From the NCBI GenBank assembly GCA_964408485.1, contig CAYOZJ010000003.1, positions 65,290-129,289 of the forward strand: a stretch of DNA of 64,000 nucleotides. Reading direction: 5' to 3'. The stretch comes from an uncultured Gammaproteobacteria bacterium. GTDB taxonomy: Bacteria > Patescibacteriota > Microgenomatia > Levybacterales > UBA12049. A program made the position numbers and the translations under genes. This document shows, piece by piece, positions 26,903-37,256 of this stretch (within the stretch, counting starts at the first letter, position 1; each line of letters starts with the position of its first letter). The notes beneath the pieces are model-generated. The model worked only from the letters and a program-made list of their open reading frames with translations. It was not told the origin of the DNA and did no database searches.

Positions 26903-27214
26903 TTATTTTAGTTTTTTAAGGAGAAAAGGAATAAGAGCTATTTGTGTGACAGTAGCTATAATTAAAAGATTTCCCATTCCACTCTGAAGACTATTTGTAT
27001 CTGTAATTATTTGTTGAATTAATTGTGTTCCATTAATTCTTTCATGTCCTCTAAAACAATCAAAAAATTGTTTGGTATTTCCTAATTGGTAGCATCTGCT
27101 TGTGACACGTGTTGTACTAGTAGTATTTTGTTTTATCCCTTCTATAGGATATCCAATAAAAAGAAACAAAAGTGGAGAAATTAAAAATAAAACAAGAAAT
27201 ATTTTTTTATACAT
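26903..27214 (-). CDS. hypothetical small membrane protein
   Basis: 103-aa ORF with N- and C-terminal hydrophobic segments. Confidence 0.25.
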   Translation of the reverse strand: MYKKIFLVLFLISPLLFLFIGYPIEGIKQNTTSTTRVTSRCYQLGNTKQFFDCFRGHERINGTQLIQQIITDTNSLQSGMGNLLIIATVTQIALIPFLLKKLK

Positions 27215-28541
27215 AATATCTTGGAATTAACACAAAAATAAGAATAAAGTAGTAATACCAAATTGCAAAATAACCAAAATATATTGCTATTTGTTCTGTC
27301 TTCTTTTTCAAGACAACAGAAAATCCTTTAATCGTAAATAGAAGTAAAGGAAGATAAATTAGAAGTGCGTCACGCCCTCCTGTTTCCCATGCTTGATGAG
27401 AATGAATTTTTCGTCCAACGTCTAATATAAAGAATAAAAGGAATAAAAAAATTGTGCTTGTAATCATAAGTTTATTTTTGTTATTCCTCCATAAGTAAAA
27501 AATACCAATGCTTGAGAAGAGTATAAAAATAACAGTGTATGTAATAAAAATTGGCGGAAAAGGAAATGCCTCATTCCAACCCAAGAATCCCGAAAAGTGC
27601 ATATAGACATGTCGTAAGTTCCAGACTGTTAATAAGATAGCTTCTGGAAGTGATACATAAATCCCTTGAGAAATAGCTGCTCCAAATGCCGGGATAGCCA
27701 TAACGGGTGTGTGATACCGAATAAAATTCAGCAGAAACCAGGGAACTTGAATGAGAAGGAATATGCTTCCAAAGAGAAGTGCGTATTTGAGGAAAAGCTT
27801 TTTATCTTTTTCTTGAAAGAAAAGATAAACAATAAAACCAGGAATAAGAATAAGTCCTGTTGCTCGAGATAAGCATGCAAGTCCTGCCACGAGACCGAGT
27901 AATACCACACTCTTAAAAGAAAGTTCAAGTTTAGCCGTTAAGTAAAAAAATACTGCTGAGAAAAAAACAACGGCAATATCCGAACTAATTCCAATGCCAG
28001 ACTGCATAAGTAAAGGATTGAGTCCAAAAAGAAGCGTAAAGGAATTTGCCATTTTTTCCTTTTTAAACAAGAAAAGAAATGTCTTATAAACAACAAAAAT
28101 TGTCGCAAAGTAAAATAATCCGGACGTAAGCCTTGTAACATAAAATTGAGTGAGAATACTTGTGTGGAATAACCGTGCAACTTGAAGAAAAACTGAGCCT
28201 ATCATGTAATAGATAGGTGGATTGTATGATTGGATTGCAAAAGGAGTGAATTGTTGCTTTTCGCTTTTTGGGTAATCTACTAGCTTTTGCATTTTACTGT
28301 TCTTTATAGCTGTAAAATTTGGAATAATTCCCGTATGCTGTACGACTTCTGCAAAAGGTTCTTGAAGCGACTCGCCGGGTTGGATATGCGTTGTGGGTTC
28401 CATAGTTAGCTTAGGATACTGAAAATACGATGTCCAGTAGATAACTTCAAAATGTGCCTGTTCATCTGGCGTTTGAAACGGAGGCAACAAAAAGAAAAAA
28501 ATAAAATAAGACAGTGCGATAAAAGCGAATACTTTTTTCAT
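27207..28541 (-). CDS. GT-C-type membrane glycosyltransferase (GT39/GT83 ArnT/PMT-like)
   Basis: First periplasmic loop PDEQAHFEVIYW resembles the DE..H/Y catalytic motif of ArnT/PMT; 11 or more TM helices. Confidence 0.5.
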   Translation of the reverse strand: MKKVFAFIALSYFIFFFLLPPFQTPDEQAHFEVIYWTSYFQYPKLTMEPTTHIQPGESLQEPFAEVVQHTGIIPNFTAIKNSKMQKLVDYPKSEKQQFTPFAIQSYNPPIYYMIGSVFLQVARLFHTSILTQFYVTRLTSGLFYFATIFVVYKTFLFLFKKEKMANSFTLLFGLNPLLMQSGIGISSDIAVVFFSAVFFYLTAKLELSFKSVVLLGLVAGLACLSRATGLILIPGFIVYLFFQEKDKKLFLKYALLFGSIFLLIQVPWFLLNFIRYHTPVMAIPAFGAAISQGIYVSLPEAILLTVWNLRHVYMHFSGFLGWNEAFPFPPIFITYTVIFILFSSIGIFYLWRNNKNKLMITSTIFLFLLFFILDVGRKIHSHQAWETGGRDALLIYLPLLLFTIKGFSVVLKKKTEQIAIYFGYFAIWYYYFILIFVLIPRYYV

Positions 28542-28542
28542 A

Positions 28543-29568
28543 TTATGTTGAGTAGTCTATTCTTTTTTGTCTAAATGTATTTAATGGTCTATCAATGAAT
28601 TTATATAGTACGTAAGAAGTAGTAAGTATAGAGAATATTGAAATGATAATAAAGAGAGGATAATTGTAGTTATTTAACTTCATATACTCGAATAATTCGA
28701 GTATGAGCAAATGGGTAATATACATTGGATAGGATAGGTCGCCCAGTAACCTGTCAAAAGAAAACCGTTGGGTTATATTAAAAAGAGTTGGTATTACAGT
28801 AAAAATAGTTAAGAAAAATATAACTTCCCGAAGTGGTATTGAAAGAAAGAATATATTTGGCATAAATCCCCAGAAAACAATTTGAGAGAGCAGGAAAATA
28901 ATTAAAAATGAAAACAATTTCTTACTTTTAATAAATATTTTTTTATTAAAGAGTCTGTATGCAAGAATGCCCATGCAGAAGAATCCCATATTTGCTGGGA
29001 AAAATCCTAAGAGATATCCTGCATGTGTGTTGTTTTGCTGAATCAATAGGATATAGCGAATAATAAAGCTAGCTATTAGTATGCTGAGAATGACAAAGGT
29101 CTTCCTCCTTATAAAAAGTGGCGCCGTAATATAAAACATAACCTCAACAACTAAAGACCATGCTGGAGCAACAATAGGTTGGTGCATGGAATAAACTGTT
29201 AAATATCCACGAGGTATGATTAGAGTTAATTCCTTCAGGAGAAGAGTGGGTTCTGGATATTGAACAATGAAATAATGAATTAAATTGGATATATTAATTT
29301 GAGAAGAATAATGGCTATAGAATATAAAGACAAAAGTTGCTATGTACACAATCCAATACAAAGGGTAAATGCGAAGAAATCTATTTGAAATATATATCCA
29401 GTAACTTGAGTGAATGTATTTACTATCCAAAATAAGCGCTATATAAAACCCTGAAATAATAAAAAATGCATCGACTGCAATAAGCCCGTTAAGTGAAAAG
29501 TTATTTTGTACAGCAATAAAATGAAACCATAAGACAGCTAAGGCAAGAATAAATCTGAGTGTTCCCAT
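28543..29568 (-). CDS. acyltransferase family 3 (OafA-like O-acyltransferase) membrane protein
   Basis: LRFILALAVLWFH, GLIAVDAFFIISGFYI and NRFLRIYPLYW motifs of Acyltransferase_3. Confidence 0.65.
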   Translation of the reverse strand: MGTLRFILALAVLWFHFIAVQNNFSLNGLIAVDAFFIISGFYIALILDSKYIHSSYWIYISNRFLRIYPLYWIVYIATFVFIFYSHYSSQINISNLIHYFIVQYPEPTLLLKELTLIIPRGYLTVYSMHQPIVAPAWSLVVEVMFYITAPLFIRRKTFVILSILIASFIIRYILLIQQNNTHAGYLLGFFPANMGFFCMGILAYRLFNKKIFIKSKKLFSFLIIFLLSQIVFWGFMPNIFFLSIPLREVIFFLTIFTVIPTLFNITQRFSFDRLLGDLSYPMYITHLLILELFEYMKLNNYNYPLFIIISIFSILTTSYVLYKFIDRPLNTFRQKRIDYST

Positions 29569-29622
29569 AGAAGAAGTATAGTATATTTTAGCTTAAAAGT
29601 TGTATACTGCAGAAGCTAAAAC

Positions 29623-30441
29623 ATGGCAAATAAAAAGATTACAGTTATTGTTCCTGCATATAATGAAGAAAAGCATTTAGAAGAATGTCTTTTGTCTATA
29701 AAAAATCAAACATACCATCCCATTGAGCTTATTGTTGTTGATGATGGATCAACAGACAAAACAGCAGTAGTTTCTAAAAAATATGCCGATGTTTTTATAC
29801 AGCAGAAACATCAAGGTCCTGCAGTTGCAAGAAATAAGGCAGTGAAAGCTGCAAAAGGAAAGATATTGGTATTCATAGATGCTGATATGTATTTAGATAT
29901 AAACTACATTAAAAAAATTATTGCCCCAATTCTTGCAGAAAAGTCTCAAGTAACATTTACAAAAGAGGAATACGTTGCAAATAAAGACAATATTTGGTCT
30001 CAGTGCTTTCAAATAGATAATAATTTACCTATGAATAAAAGAATTAGACCATCTCAAGGCAATATAAGCAATCGTTTTCGCGCAATTACAAAAAAGAGGT
30101 TTTTAAGAACGAATGGATACTTAGTAAAGAGAGGTTATGGTGAAGATGAGGTGCTGCAGGCTTCGGAAGCTGTCGTTGCACCCGGGGCAATTTGTTACCA
30201 TTATAATCCAGATTCCCTCAAAGACGTATTCCTGTCTGCGAGATGGGTTGGAAGAAGTACGCTTATGACCCAAAACTTAAAAAATTTTCTAAGATATTCC
30301 ATACTTAATTCAATAGTAATTAGCCTCAAAAAAATATATAATGGATCTCCTGCCAGTTTTTTCATATATAAAATTGTTTTTGATTTAGGAGTGATGAATG
30401 GAATACTACTTAAAAAGTTAGGGAGTAATCATTCAAAATAA
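29623..30441 (+). CDS. glycosyltransferase family 2
   Basis: ITVIVPAYNEEKHL...ELIVVDDGSTDKT and a DAD (DxD) at FIDADMY. Confidence 0.8.
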   Translation: MANKKITVIVPAYNEEKHLEECLLSIKNQTYHPIELIVVDDGSTDKTAVVSKKYADVFIQQKHQGPAVARNKAVKAAKGKILVFIDADMYLDINYIKKIIAPILAEKSQVTFTKEEYVANKDNIWSQCFQIDNNLPMNKRIRPSQGNISNRFRAITKKRFLRTNGYLVKRGYGEDEVLQASEAVVAPGAICYHYNPDSLKDVFLSARWVGRSTLMTQNLKNFLRYSILNSIVISLKKIYNGSPASFFIYKIVFDLGVMNGILLKKLGSNHSK

Positions 30442-30460
30442 AAGAAAAGAATCTCAAAAT

Positions 30461-31270
30461 ATGAGAAAAAAAATTGCTACTATAATCATCACATATAAAT
30501 TTCCAAAAGAGAAATTAAGAAAGCTTCTGTCAAGTTTAGAAAGAATAGGATTGAGTAAAAAAACAATCTTTGTTAAAGATAACACGAACAACAATATTGG
30601 CTATGCTGGAGGGATAAACAAGATAATTAAATCAAAACTGAAAAATTTCGACTATTTTCTAATTTTAAACCCGGATATTCAAATAAAGAATAATTTTGTT
30701 AAGCCTTTAGTTAGTATTTTGGATAAAAATCAAGCTGATATAGTGGGCCCCATGATATTTACAGATAACGGAAAAGTATGGGGTACGGGAGGGATTATTG
30801 ATAAAAAGCGATACTCAGCATCAATGTCCATAAAGATATTAAAACATTTAACCTTTGTGGATTTTGTCTTGGGTACAGCATTTATGGTGAGAAAAGACGT
30901 GTTCGAAAAAATTGGCCTTCTTGATGAAGATTATTTTTTATATTACGACGAAGTTGACTTTTGTATGAGAGCAAGAAAAAGCGGTTTTAGATTAGCAATG
31001 AGTCCTGAATCATCCATTTACCATTATGGTTCTTTTAGTGTTGGTAAGGATTCTAATGCGATGCTATATTATATGGCCAGGAGCCATATGTATTTTCTTG
31101 AAAAGTATGCTCCACTCAGAATTAAGATTAGAGAGCTTATTAGGTTTCCTAGAACCATATGGCAGGCAAGGAAAAGTAAATATGAAGTTCTTGGTATTAT
31201 CGATTACTTTTTGAGAAAAAAGGGAAGAAATGACGGTATTTTTGTAAAAGCTGATAAGGATTACAAATAG
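30461..31270 (+). CDS. glycosyltransferase family 2 (rhamnosyltransferase-like)
   Basis: GT2-A fold motifs; C-terminal DEDYFLYYDEVDFCMRARKSGF is typical of WbbL-like GT2 enzymes. Confidence 0.7.
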   Translation: MRKKIATIIITYKFPKEKLRKLLSSLERIGLSKKTIFVKDNTNNNIGYAGGINKIIKSKLKNFDYFLILNPDIQIKNNFVKPLVSILDKNQADIVGPMIFTDNGKVWGTGGIIDKKRYSASMSIKILKHLTFVDFVLGTAFMVRKDVFEKIGLLDEDYFLYYDEVDFCMRARKSGFRLAMSPESSIYHYGSFSVGKDSNAMLYYMARSHMYFLEKYAPLRIKIRELIRFPRTIWQARKSKYEVLGIIDYFLRKKGRNDGIFVKADKDYK

Positions 31271-32136
31271 TTTTTGTCTTTTAAGTATTCTTTTAGGCTT
31301 ACTCGCCAGTTGGGCATTATATCTATTCCAAGACGTTTTAGATTTGAGTTTTCCAGTACAGAATACTTGGGTCTCATTGCGTTTGATGGAAAATAATTTG
31401 AATTAACTTTTCTACAATTAATATCCTTATCAAGTATTGAAAATATTTCTTTAGCAAATTGCCACCAGCTACATTTACCTTGAGATGTCATGTGATAAAT
31501 ACCATATTTGTCTGTCTTAAGGAGCATTATTAAGTTTTTAGCAACACTTTTTGTATGAGTAGGGGAACATACTTGATCATTGACTACGAAAACATCCTTC
31601 TTCTCTTTGCTCAGATCAATCATTTGTTCAATAAAATTTTTACCTTTTCCTGAAGGACCTTTCATTCCAAATAATCCGGACACTCTAACAATAAAATGTT
31701 TAGGTGAAATATATTGCGTAAAATTTTCTGCCGCTACTTTAGTTATCCCATAGATATTAATTGGAGCTGTTATATCCTTCTCTTTATAAGGCTTACTTCG
31801 TTTATCATCTAAGCCAAAAACATAATCTGTGCTAATGAATACATTGGTCCAATCGTTCATTGAAGATAAAAGTGACAAATTCCTTTGCCCAAATGTATTA
31901 ACATTAAATCCTTTCTGAATATCTTTTTCTACATCCTCGAGTTTATGAAATGAAGCAGTGTTGATAACAATGTTAGGTGAGATTTGTTTTAGAACTGCTT
32001 CTAGTTGCTCCATGTCAGTGACGTCTATTTCTCGATGGGTCAATCCAACAACATTAAAAAAAGAATCTTCTGAAAAGACTTTTACTATATCATTTCCCAA
32101 TTGTCCATTTGAACCTATAACAACAACATTTTTCAT
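31261..32136 (-). CDS. dTDP-4-dehydrorhamnose reductase-like (RmlD family) NAD(P)-dependent reductase
   Basis: N-terminal VVVIGSNGQLG Rossmann motif and YGITK (YxxxK); length 291 aa. Confidence 0.6.
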   Translation of the reverse strand: MKNVVVIGSNGQLGNDIVKVFSEDSFFNVVGLTHREIDVTDMEQLEAVLKQISPNIVINTASFHKLEDVEKDIQKGFNVNTFGQRNLSLLSSMNDWTNVFISTDYVFGLDDKRSKPYKEKDITAPINIYGITKVAAENFTQYISPKHFIVRVSGLFGMKGPSGKGKNFIEQMIDLSKEKKDVFVVNDQVCSPTHTKSVAKNLIMLLKTDKYGIYHMTSQGKCSWWQFAKEIFSILDKDINCRKVNSNYFPSNAMRPKYSVLENSNLKRLGIDIMPNWRVSLKEYLKDKNYL

Positions 32137-33152
32137 AAATTTTTAAGTATAGGTCGGAGCCATTCAATATTATAGTATTTTTTATTTTCAAAATCGCTAT
32201 TTATTCCTTTCTTTATTTTCTTAACTAGATTTATTACAGATTTTTCAATTGATGTGTGTGCTCTAAAGCCTAGAAGTTGTTTAGCTTTTAAATTTGTAAC
32301 TCTGTAAGTTCGATTCCCTACAACTTTCTTTTCTGATGAAATCTTTACATCGATATCAAAATTTTCCCGCAAGGTTTTCTGAATTATAAATGCAACATCT
32401 TTAACAAGAAAATTGTCTAGAGAAATGTTAATAACTTGTTTATTAATTTTTTTTGAGCTATTCCTGAATGTTAAAAGATATGCATTGGTAACATCGCTTA
32501 TGCTTACGAGTGGTCTCCATTGTAAGCCATCAGAAAATATTTTTATCTCACCACTGGAAAGCGCATCTCTAACCATAGAATTAATAACCAAATCGTATCT
32601 CATTCTATGAGAGAATCCAAAAACAGTTCCCATCCGAAGAATAGTTACCATAAAGTTTTCATCAGCTAATTTCAGTAATTCCTTTTCCGCTTGGTATTTT
32701 GATAGTGAATATGCTTTCGTTGGATTTACATAACTTTCTTCATTTTTAATGTCATCATCTTGACCGCCATCATAAATAGAGCAGCTAGAAGCAAATATAA
32801 ACTTTTTAACTCCCGCTTTTTTCGCTTTTGCAGCTATATTACTTGTTGCTTTGGTATTAATTGCGAAGTTGGCTTGAGGGTTGAAGTCTGCTGTTGGGTC
32901 GTTAGATAGTCCTGCAAGATGAATAATGGTGTGGACGTTTGTGAAAAGTTTATCAGGGAGTTCTCTTACGTCACCTTTAACGAGTTCAACATCTTTTAAT
33001 TTTTTAATAAAATTGCCAAAGTAAAATGTGTCAAAAACCCTAACGGAGAATCCTGTTTTTACAATTTTTTCAACAAGCTCAGTGCCAATATATCCCCCTC
33101 CACCGGTCACCAAAACAACGTTTTTCATTATTAATGTATTTTTACTTCCCAA
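32133..33152 (-). CDS. NAD-dependent sugar epimerase/dehydratase (extended SDR)
   Basis: VLVTGGGGYIG Rossmann motif and catalytic YSLSKYQAE (YxxxK). Confidence 0.8.
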   Translation of the reverse strand: MGSKNTLIMKNVVLVTGGGGYIGTELVEKIVKTGFSVRVFDTFYFGNFIKKLKDVELVKGDVRELPDKLFTNVHTIIHLAGLSNDPTADFNPQANFAINTKATSNIAAKAKKAGVKKFIFASSCSIYDGGQDDDIKNEESYVNPTKAYSLSKYQAEKELLKLADENFMVTILRMGTVFGFSHRMRYDLVINSMVRDALSSGEIKIFSDGLQWRPLVSISDVTNAYLLTFRNSSKKINKQVINISLDNFLVKDVAFIIQKTLRENFDIDVKISSEKKVVGNRTYRVTNLKAKQLLGFRAHTSIEKSVINLVKKIKKGINSDFENKKYYNIEWLRPILKNL

Positions 33153-33646
33153 TCTTCATCGAAAGAACCTATTTCAGCTCTCTCTTCATCTGGATTTGAT
33201 GAATCATACTTTTTGGTAATCCAATACATGAGTATACATTCTTCGCCTGAAATATTTTTCCAACCGTGCCATATTTTAGGTGGAATTCGTAGAGCTTTTC
33301 TTTCCCTGTCATGTAGATATACCCACATTAGCTTTTTCTGTTCCTCATCATATAGGCCAACTTTTAATGAGCCTTTTACAACAAACCAATAATCGAATTG
33401 TTTTTCGTGACGATGCCAAGCAACGGTTCTCCCAGGATAGATATAGCTTATATTTAGATCACCAAAATTTTCTGGGGTACTAAAAACATCATTAATAGAT
33501 CTTCGTCTGTCGTCGTCGTGTGTTCTCGGATAAATGGTGTTCTTTTTAAGAAATGCTTTTGCGTTTAACTCCTCTTTTTTTACTTTAAACTTTGTAGTGC
33601 TCATGGATAATCCACTGATTGTAAAAAAAACACATTGACATGTCAA
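33131..33646 (-). CDS. cupin-fold protein, dTDP-sugar 3,5-epimerase (RmlC)-related
   Basis: Cupin beta-barrel region VAWHRHEKQFDYWFVVKGSLKV...KIWHGWKNISGEECILMYW; sits among Rml-like genes. Confidence 0.45.
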   Translation of the reverse strand: MTCQCVFFTISGLSMSTTKFKVKKEELNAKAFLKKNTIYPRTHDDDRRRSINDVFSTPENFGDLNISYIYPGRTVAWHRHEKQFDYWFVVKGSLKVGLYDEEQKKLMWVYLHDRERKALRIPPKIWHGWKNISGEECILMYWITKKYDSSNPDEERAEIGSFDEDWEVKIH

Positions 33647-33713
33647 TGTTTCTAATTCAATTACAATTCATATTTAAGAATAAATCCAAGTGTATTTGCT
33701 ATAATTACAAATT

Positions 33714-34817
33714 ATGTATATAGCTGTTGATGCTGGGTGTTTGGGAGTAAAGGACAAAAGATTAAAGGTTGGAGTATATACCGTTGTTAAGAATTTCCTT
33801 ATAGAGTTAGGAAAGATAGACAAGAATAATAAATATCTTCTCTATAGCTTTCATCCAATAGAAAAAAGTCTTCTAAAAGAGTTTGGTTTGCAAATGCAAA
33901 ATATTGTATTACCTGCAATTGGGTGGTTGAAAGTTGGTTTACCAATTCGACTTCTTTTAGATAAGCCAGATATTTTTATTGCTGCAAATCAAGCAATTCC
34001 ATTTAAATTACCCCTTTCGTCATACAAAACCCTTGGAATATTCTATGACATAGCGTTTGAAAAATATCCAGAACTATATTCCTATGCTGCATCTGTTAGC
34101 AAGCATAGAATAAATAGTAGGTATTTAGCAGAAAATGCAGAATCGCTTATAGCGATCTCTGAAAGTACAAAAAAAGATTTAGTAGATCTCTATAAAATTC
34201 CTAAAGGAAGAATTACTGTTGCCTATCCTGGGATAAATCCAGAAGTAAGAAGTAAGAAGCAAGAAGCAAGAAGGGAAAATCCTTATTTCCTTTTTGTTGG
34301 TGCTTTTAAGAAGTCAAAAAATATTTCTACACTTTTACTCGGATTTAATATATTCTTGCAATCACAAGCCAAGAAGTATGACCTGCTTTTGGTTGGAGGA
34401 GATAAATGGCTTGATCCTGAAATAGAGCGTGTTATGAGCACTTTTTCTGCAGAGACGAAAAAGCATGTCAAAAATCTTGGATTTGTAGATAATAAAAAAC
34501 TTGCATCACTCTATAAAAGCGCTGTTGCTTTTGTGAGCCCAAGTCTTTATGAGGGATTTGGATTGCCTTTTATAGAAGCACAAAGCCTAGGATGCCCAAT
34601 TATTGGGTCACAGAGGGGATCACTGCCTGAAATTATTGGCAAGAGTGGTATTCTTATAGATCCAAAAAATTCTAACCAACTTGCACAAGCATTAAAAACT
34701 ATGACAAACTCTTCCAGTAGGAAGAGATATATACAGCAAGGAAAAATAAATGCTAAAAAATACTCTTGGAAATCATTTGCAAAACAAGTACAATCTGCTC
34801 TGCAAAGCTTGTCATGA
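33714..34817 (+). CDS. glycosyltransferase family 4 (GT-B)
   Basis: E-x7-E motif: VSPSLYEGFGLPFIEAQSLGCPIIGS. Confidence 0.8.
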   Translation: MYIAVDAGCLGVKDKRLKVGVYTVVKNFLIELGKIDKNNKYLLYSFHPIEKSLLKEFGLQMQNIVLPAIGWLKVGLPIRLLLDKPDIFIAANQAIPFKLPLSSYKTLGIFYDIAFEKYPELYSYAASVSKHRINSRYLAENAESLIAISESTKKDLVDLYKIPKGRITVAYPGINPEVRSKKQEARRENPYFLFVGAFKKSKNISTLLLGFNIFLQSQAKKYDLLLVGGDKWLDPEIERVMSTFSAETKKHVKNLGFVDNKKLASLYKSAVAFVSPSLYEGFGLPFIEAQSLGCPIIGSQRGSLPEIIGKSGILIDPKNSNQLAQALKTMTNSSSRKRYIQQGKINAKKYSWKSFAKQVQSALQSLS

Positions 34818-35638
34818 CACGCTCACAAATTCTTACTTATATCTCCAATCTCGATGGGTGGCTTTCTCTTCACGAAGGTTTTTTTCTGTATGAATCAGCG
34901 AGGAATGGAAAAGGGAAAGGGGAAATTGTTGAAATAGGCAGTTGGATGGGGAAGTCAACAATTTGTCTTGCAGGAGGTTCTGAATCCAAAAAAAGAGAAC
35001 GGGTTTTTGCTATAGATCCACACAAAGGTCAATATACAAGGAATAATGGTATTGGTAAAAAATCACCAACCTTTAAAAAATTTCTTAGCAACATTCAAGT
35101 AACTGGATTACTGTCATACATAAAGCCTTTAGTGACTACATCTAAAAATGCAGCTAAGAATTGGAAAAAGCCAATACGACTTCTTTTTATTGATGGGCTG
35201 CATGATTATAAAAATACCGTGCAAGATTTTACTCTCTGGTCACCCTTTGTTAGTACAAATGGCATTATTGCTTTCCATGATGCATTTTGTGGACATATAG
35301 GACCAGAAAGAGTAATTCTAGAAAATGTTTTACAGTCTGAATGGAGAGATATTGGCGTTGTTGGATCTATTATTTTTGTGCAGAAAGGTAAACCAAAAGA
35401 CATTATGCAGTACCTTAATCTTTTTCGACATAGAATACTTATTCCCCTTGCACTCAAACTGAATAAGAGCGACATGTCAAAGGGAATTAAATTTTTTCTC
35501 ATTCACCGAATTATTAAGCTACTCCTTCTCAATCCTTACACGCTTCTATTCCAAGAAAGCGATGCAATTCTGTTTTTTAACAGAATTGTGAGCAATATCA
35601 GTAATTTTTTCAGTGCGGAACGAAAACCGTGGCTTTAG
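34814..35638 (+). CDS. class I SAM-dependent methyltransferase (CmcI/O-methyltransferase-like)
   Basis: EIVEIGSWMGKSTICLAGG glycine-rich motif and LLFIDGLHDY; ATGA start/stop overlap with the upstream GT4 gene. The ORF in the track begins at 34766. Confidence 0.5.
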   Translation: MTRSQILTYISNLDGWLSLHEGFFLYESARNGKGKGEIVEIGSWMGKSTICLAGGSESKKRERVFAIDPHKGQYTRNNGIGKKSPTFKKFLSNIQVTGLLSYIKPLVTTSKNAAKNWKKPIRLLFIDGLHDYKNTVQDFTLWSPFVSTNGIIAFHDAFCGHIGPERVILENVLQSEWRDIGVVGSIIFVQKGKPKDIMQYLNLFRHRILIPLALKLNKSDMSKGIKFFLIHRIIKLLLLNPYTLLFQESDAILFFNRIVSNISNFFSAERKPWL

Positions 35639-37209
35639 GCCACGTGTTTTGTATTACAATTAGAAAGAGAATGAGAAAAATAATTCTTTTGTTGTTGGGA
35701 GGCGCGCTCCTTTTGTGTTTGCCTTTTTTCCTCAATGTCCAACACACGTTTCCTCGACTCGACTCAGATTATGATTCCGAAATGGGTATGTATCAATATA
35801 TAGGGTCGTATATACGTATGCGTCACGTGATTCCATCAACGATCCCATTTGTTGGTACAGGGATTCCTGTGGTTGGTGACCCACTAAATGCCGTACTCGA
35901 TCCATTTTTTTCGTTGCCTTTTGTTTTCTTTGGTGCAAATGTGGCAATTCGCGTTGCAATTTTTATTAATGCATTTCTATCGGGACTGGGAATGTTTTTT
36001 CTTCTAAAAAGCATAAAAGTATCAAAATTCTTGCAATTTGCAGGATCTTTTCTCTATATGTCTTCTGGCTCATTTGTTTCGTCTGTTGCAGCAGGGCATA
36101 TAACAGAAAAATTCTTAGTGTATCCCGTTATTCCAATATTCTTTATGATGATTTTGCGAAAGAAATTATCTGTTAAGACTATTTTTGGCGCAGGAGTTGC
36201 TCTTGGAGCAACGTTGTACTGTGGTGATATCTATGCAGCATGGTTTTTAACCCTTTTTCTTGTAGTTGTGCGAGCGTATTATTTTGTTGTTGCAAAAGGG
36301 AAATTGCGAGAAGTTTTTGTAACGTGTTGTATTGGATTTATTGCTCTTCTTGTTGCTTCTCCCAAGTTATTTTACTTTTTTAGCGATGTTGTGCCAATTC
36401 TTAAAAGAACAAACATCGTCAATCCATTTTTAGGATCTATTCAATTTTTTCTTTTCCCCTTTCAATTTCTCATGCCACTTCAAGTAAATTTTTACGATAG
36501 ACCGTTTTTTCAAAGACACTTAGGGTTTTACTACAATTGGTATGAATACTATGCATTTATTGGACTGTTGCCAGTAATTTTCTTGAGAAATATCAAGCCA
36601 CTTATTAAAAATGACCTTGTAAGAATATGTGTGCTTCTTCTTATTGTTGGCGCTTTGTATGTATCCAATGCGTATTGGTACTCACCATTCCATTATTTGT
36701 TTCTTTTTGTCAAACCACTTGATGTTTTTCGCGTGCCTCAGAGAATAGGCATACCCTTAAGCAGTATTGTCATTGTTCTTTTGTGTCTTTGTGCAAATAC
36801 ATGGAAAAATAAGAAAACGCTTTACTTACTCTGGTTGGGGGGTTTGGTATGGACGTATGCTGTTGCATGGTTTACCTTTTCTTATACGTTTGTCCCGATT
36901 CCAAAAGATCAATTACATCTTGCATCTTATGTGCAGCAGATAAATGCTAAAAAAGTACCGGTAATAAATATTGATGCAATTCCAGAATATCTACTTGCAA
37001 CAAGCAATATGCCTGTTATTAATTACTATTATGGTTGGGTACCCAAAAATACTCCGGATATTTTTGGAGATAACGCAGTTATTCGAATGAGTGAAATTGC
37101 CAAAACGCATGCTCTCTACATTCTTTCTTCCAATAAGTACGATTTTGAGCAATTAGGGTATAAAAAAATTCAAGTTAGCCCCAATAAAATAGTTTGGGAA
37201 AAACTATAG
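35629..37209 (+). CDS. polytopic membrane protein, putative GT-C/YfhO-like glycosyltransferase
   Basis: 526 aa, more than 12 TM helices, loop motif GIPVVGDPLNAVLDPFF; weak assignment. Confidence 0.45.
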   Translation: MALGHVFCITIRKRMRKIILLLLGGALLLCLPFFLNVQHTFPRLDSDYDSEMGMYQYIGSYIRMRHVIPSTIPFVGTGIPVVGDPLNAVLDPFFSLPFVFFGANVAIRVAIFINAFLSGLGMFFLLKSIKVSKFLQFAGSFLYMSSGSFVSSVAAGHITEKFLVYPVIPIFFMMILRKKLSVKTIFGAGVALGATLYCGDIYAAWFLTLFLVVVRAYYFVVAKGKLREVFVTCCIGFIALLVASPKLFYFFSDVVPILKRTNIVNPFLGSIQFFLFPFQFLMPLQVNFYDRPFFQRHLGFYYNWYEYYAFIGLLPVIFLRNIKPLIKNDLVRICVLLLIVGALYVSNAYWYSPFHYLFLFVKPLDVFRVPQRIGIPLSSIVIVLLCLCANTWKNKKTLYLLWLGGLVWTYAVAWFTFSYTFVPIPKDQLHLASYVQQINAKKVPVINIDAIPEYLLATSNMPVINYYYGWVPKNTPDIFGDNAVIRMSEIAKTHALYILSSNKYDFEQLGYKKIQVSPNKIVWEKL

Positions 37210-37256
37210 ATTCCTGCCTCGGATGTATGTATACTTCAACCTAGTTAACGCTCAGT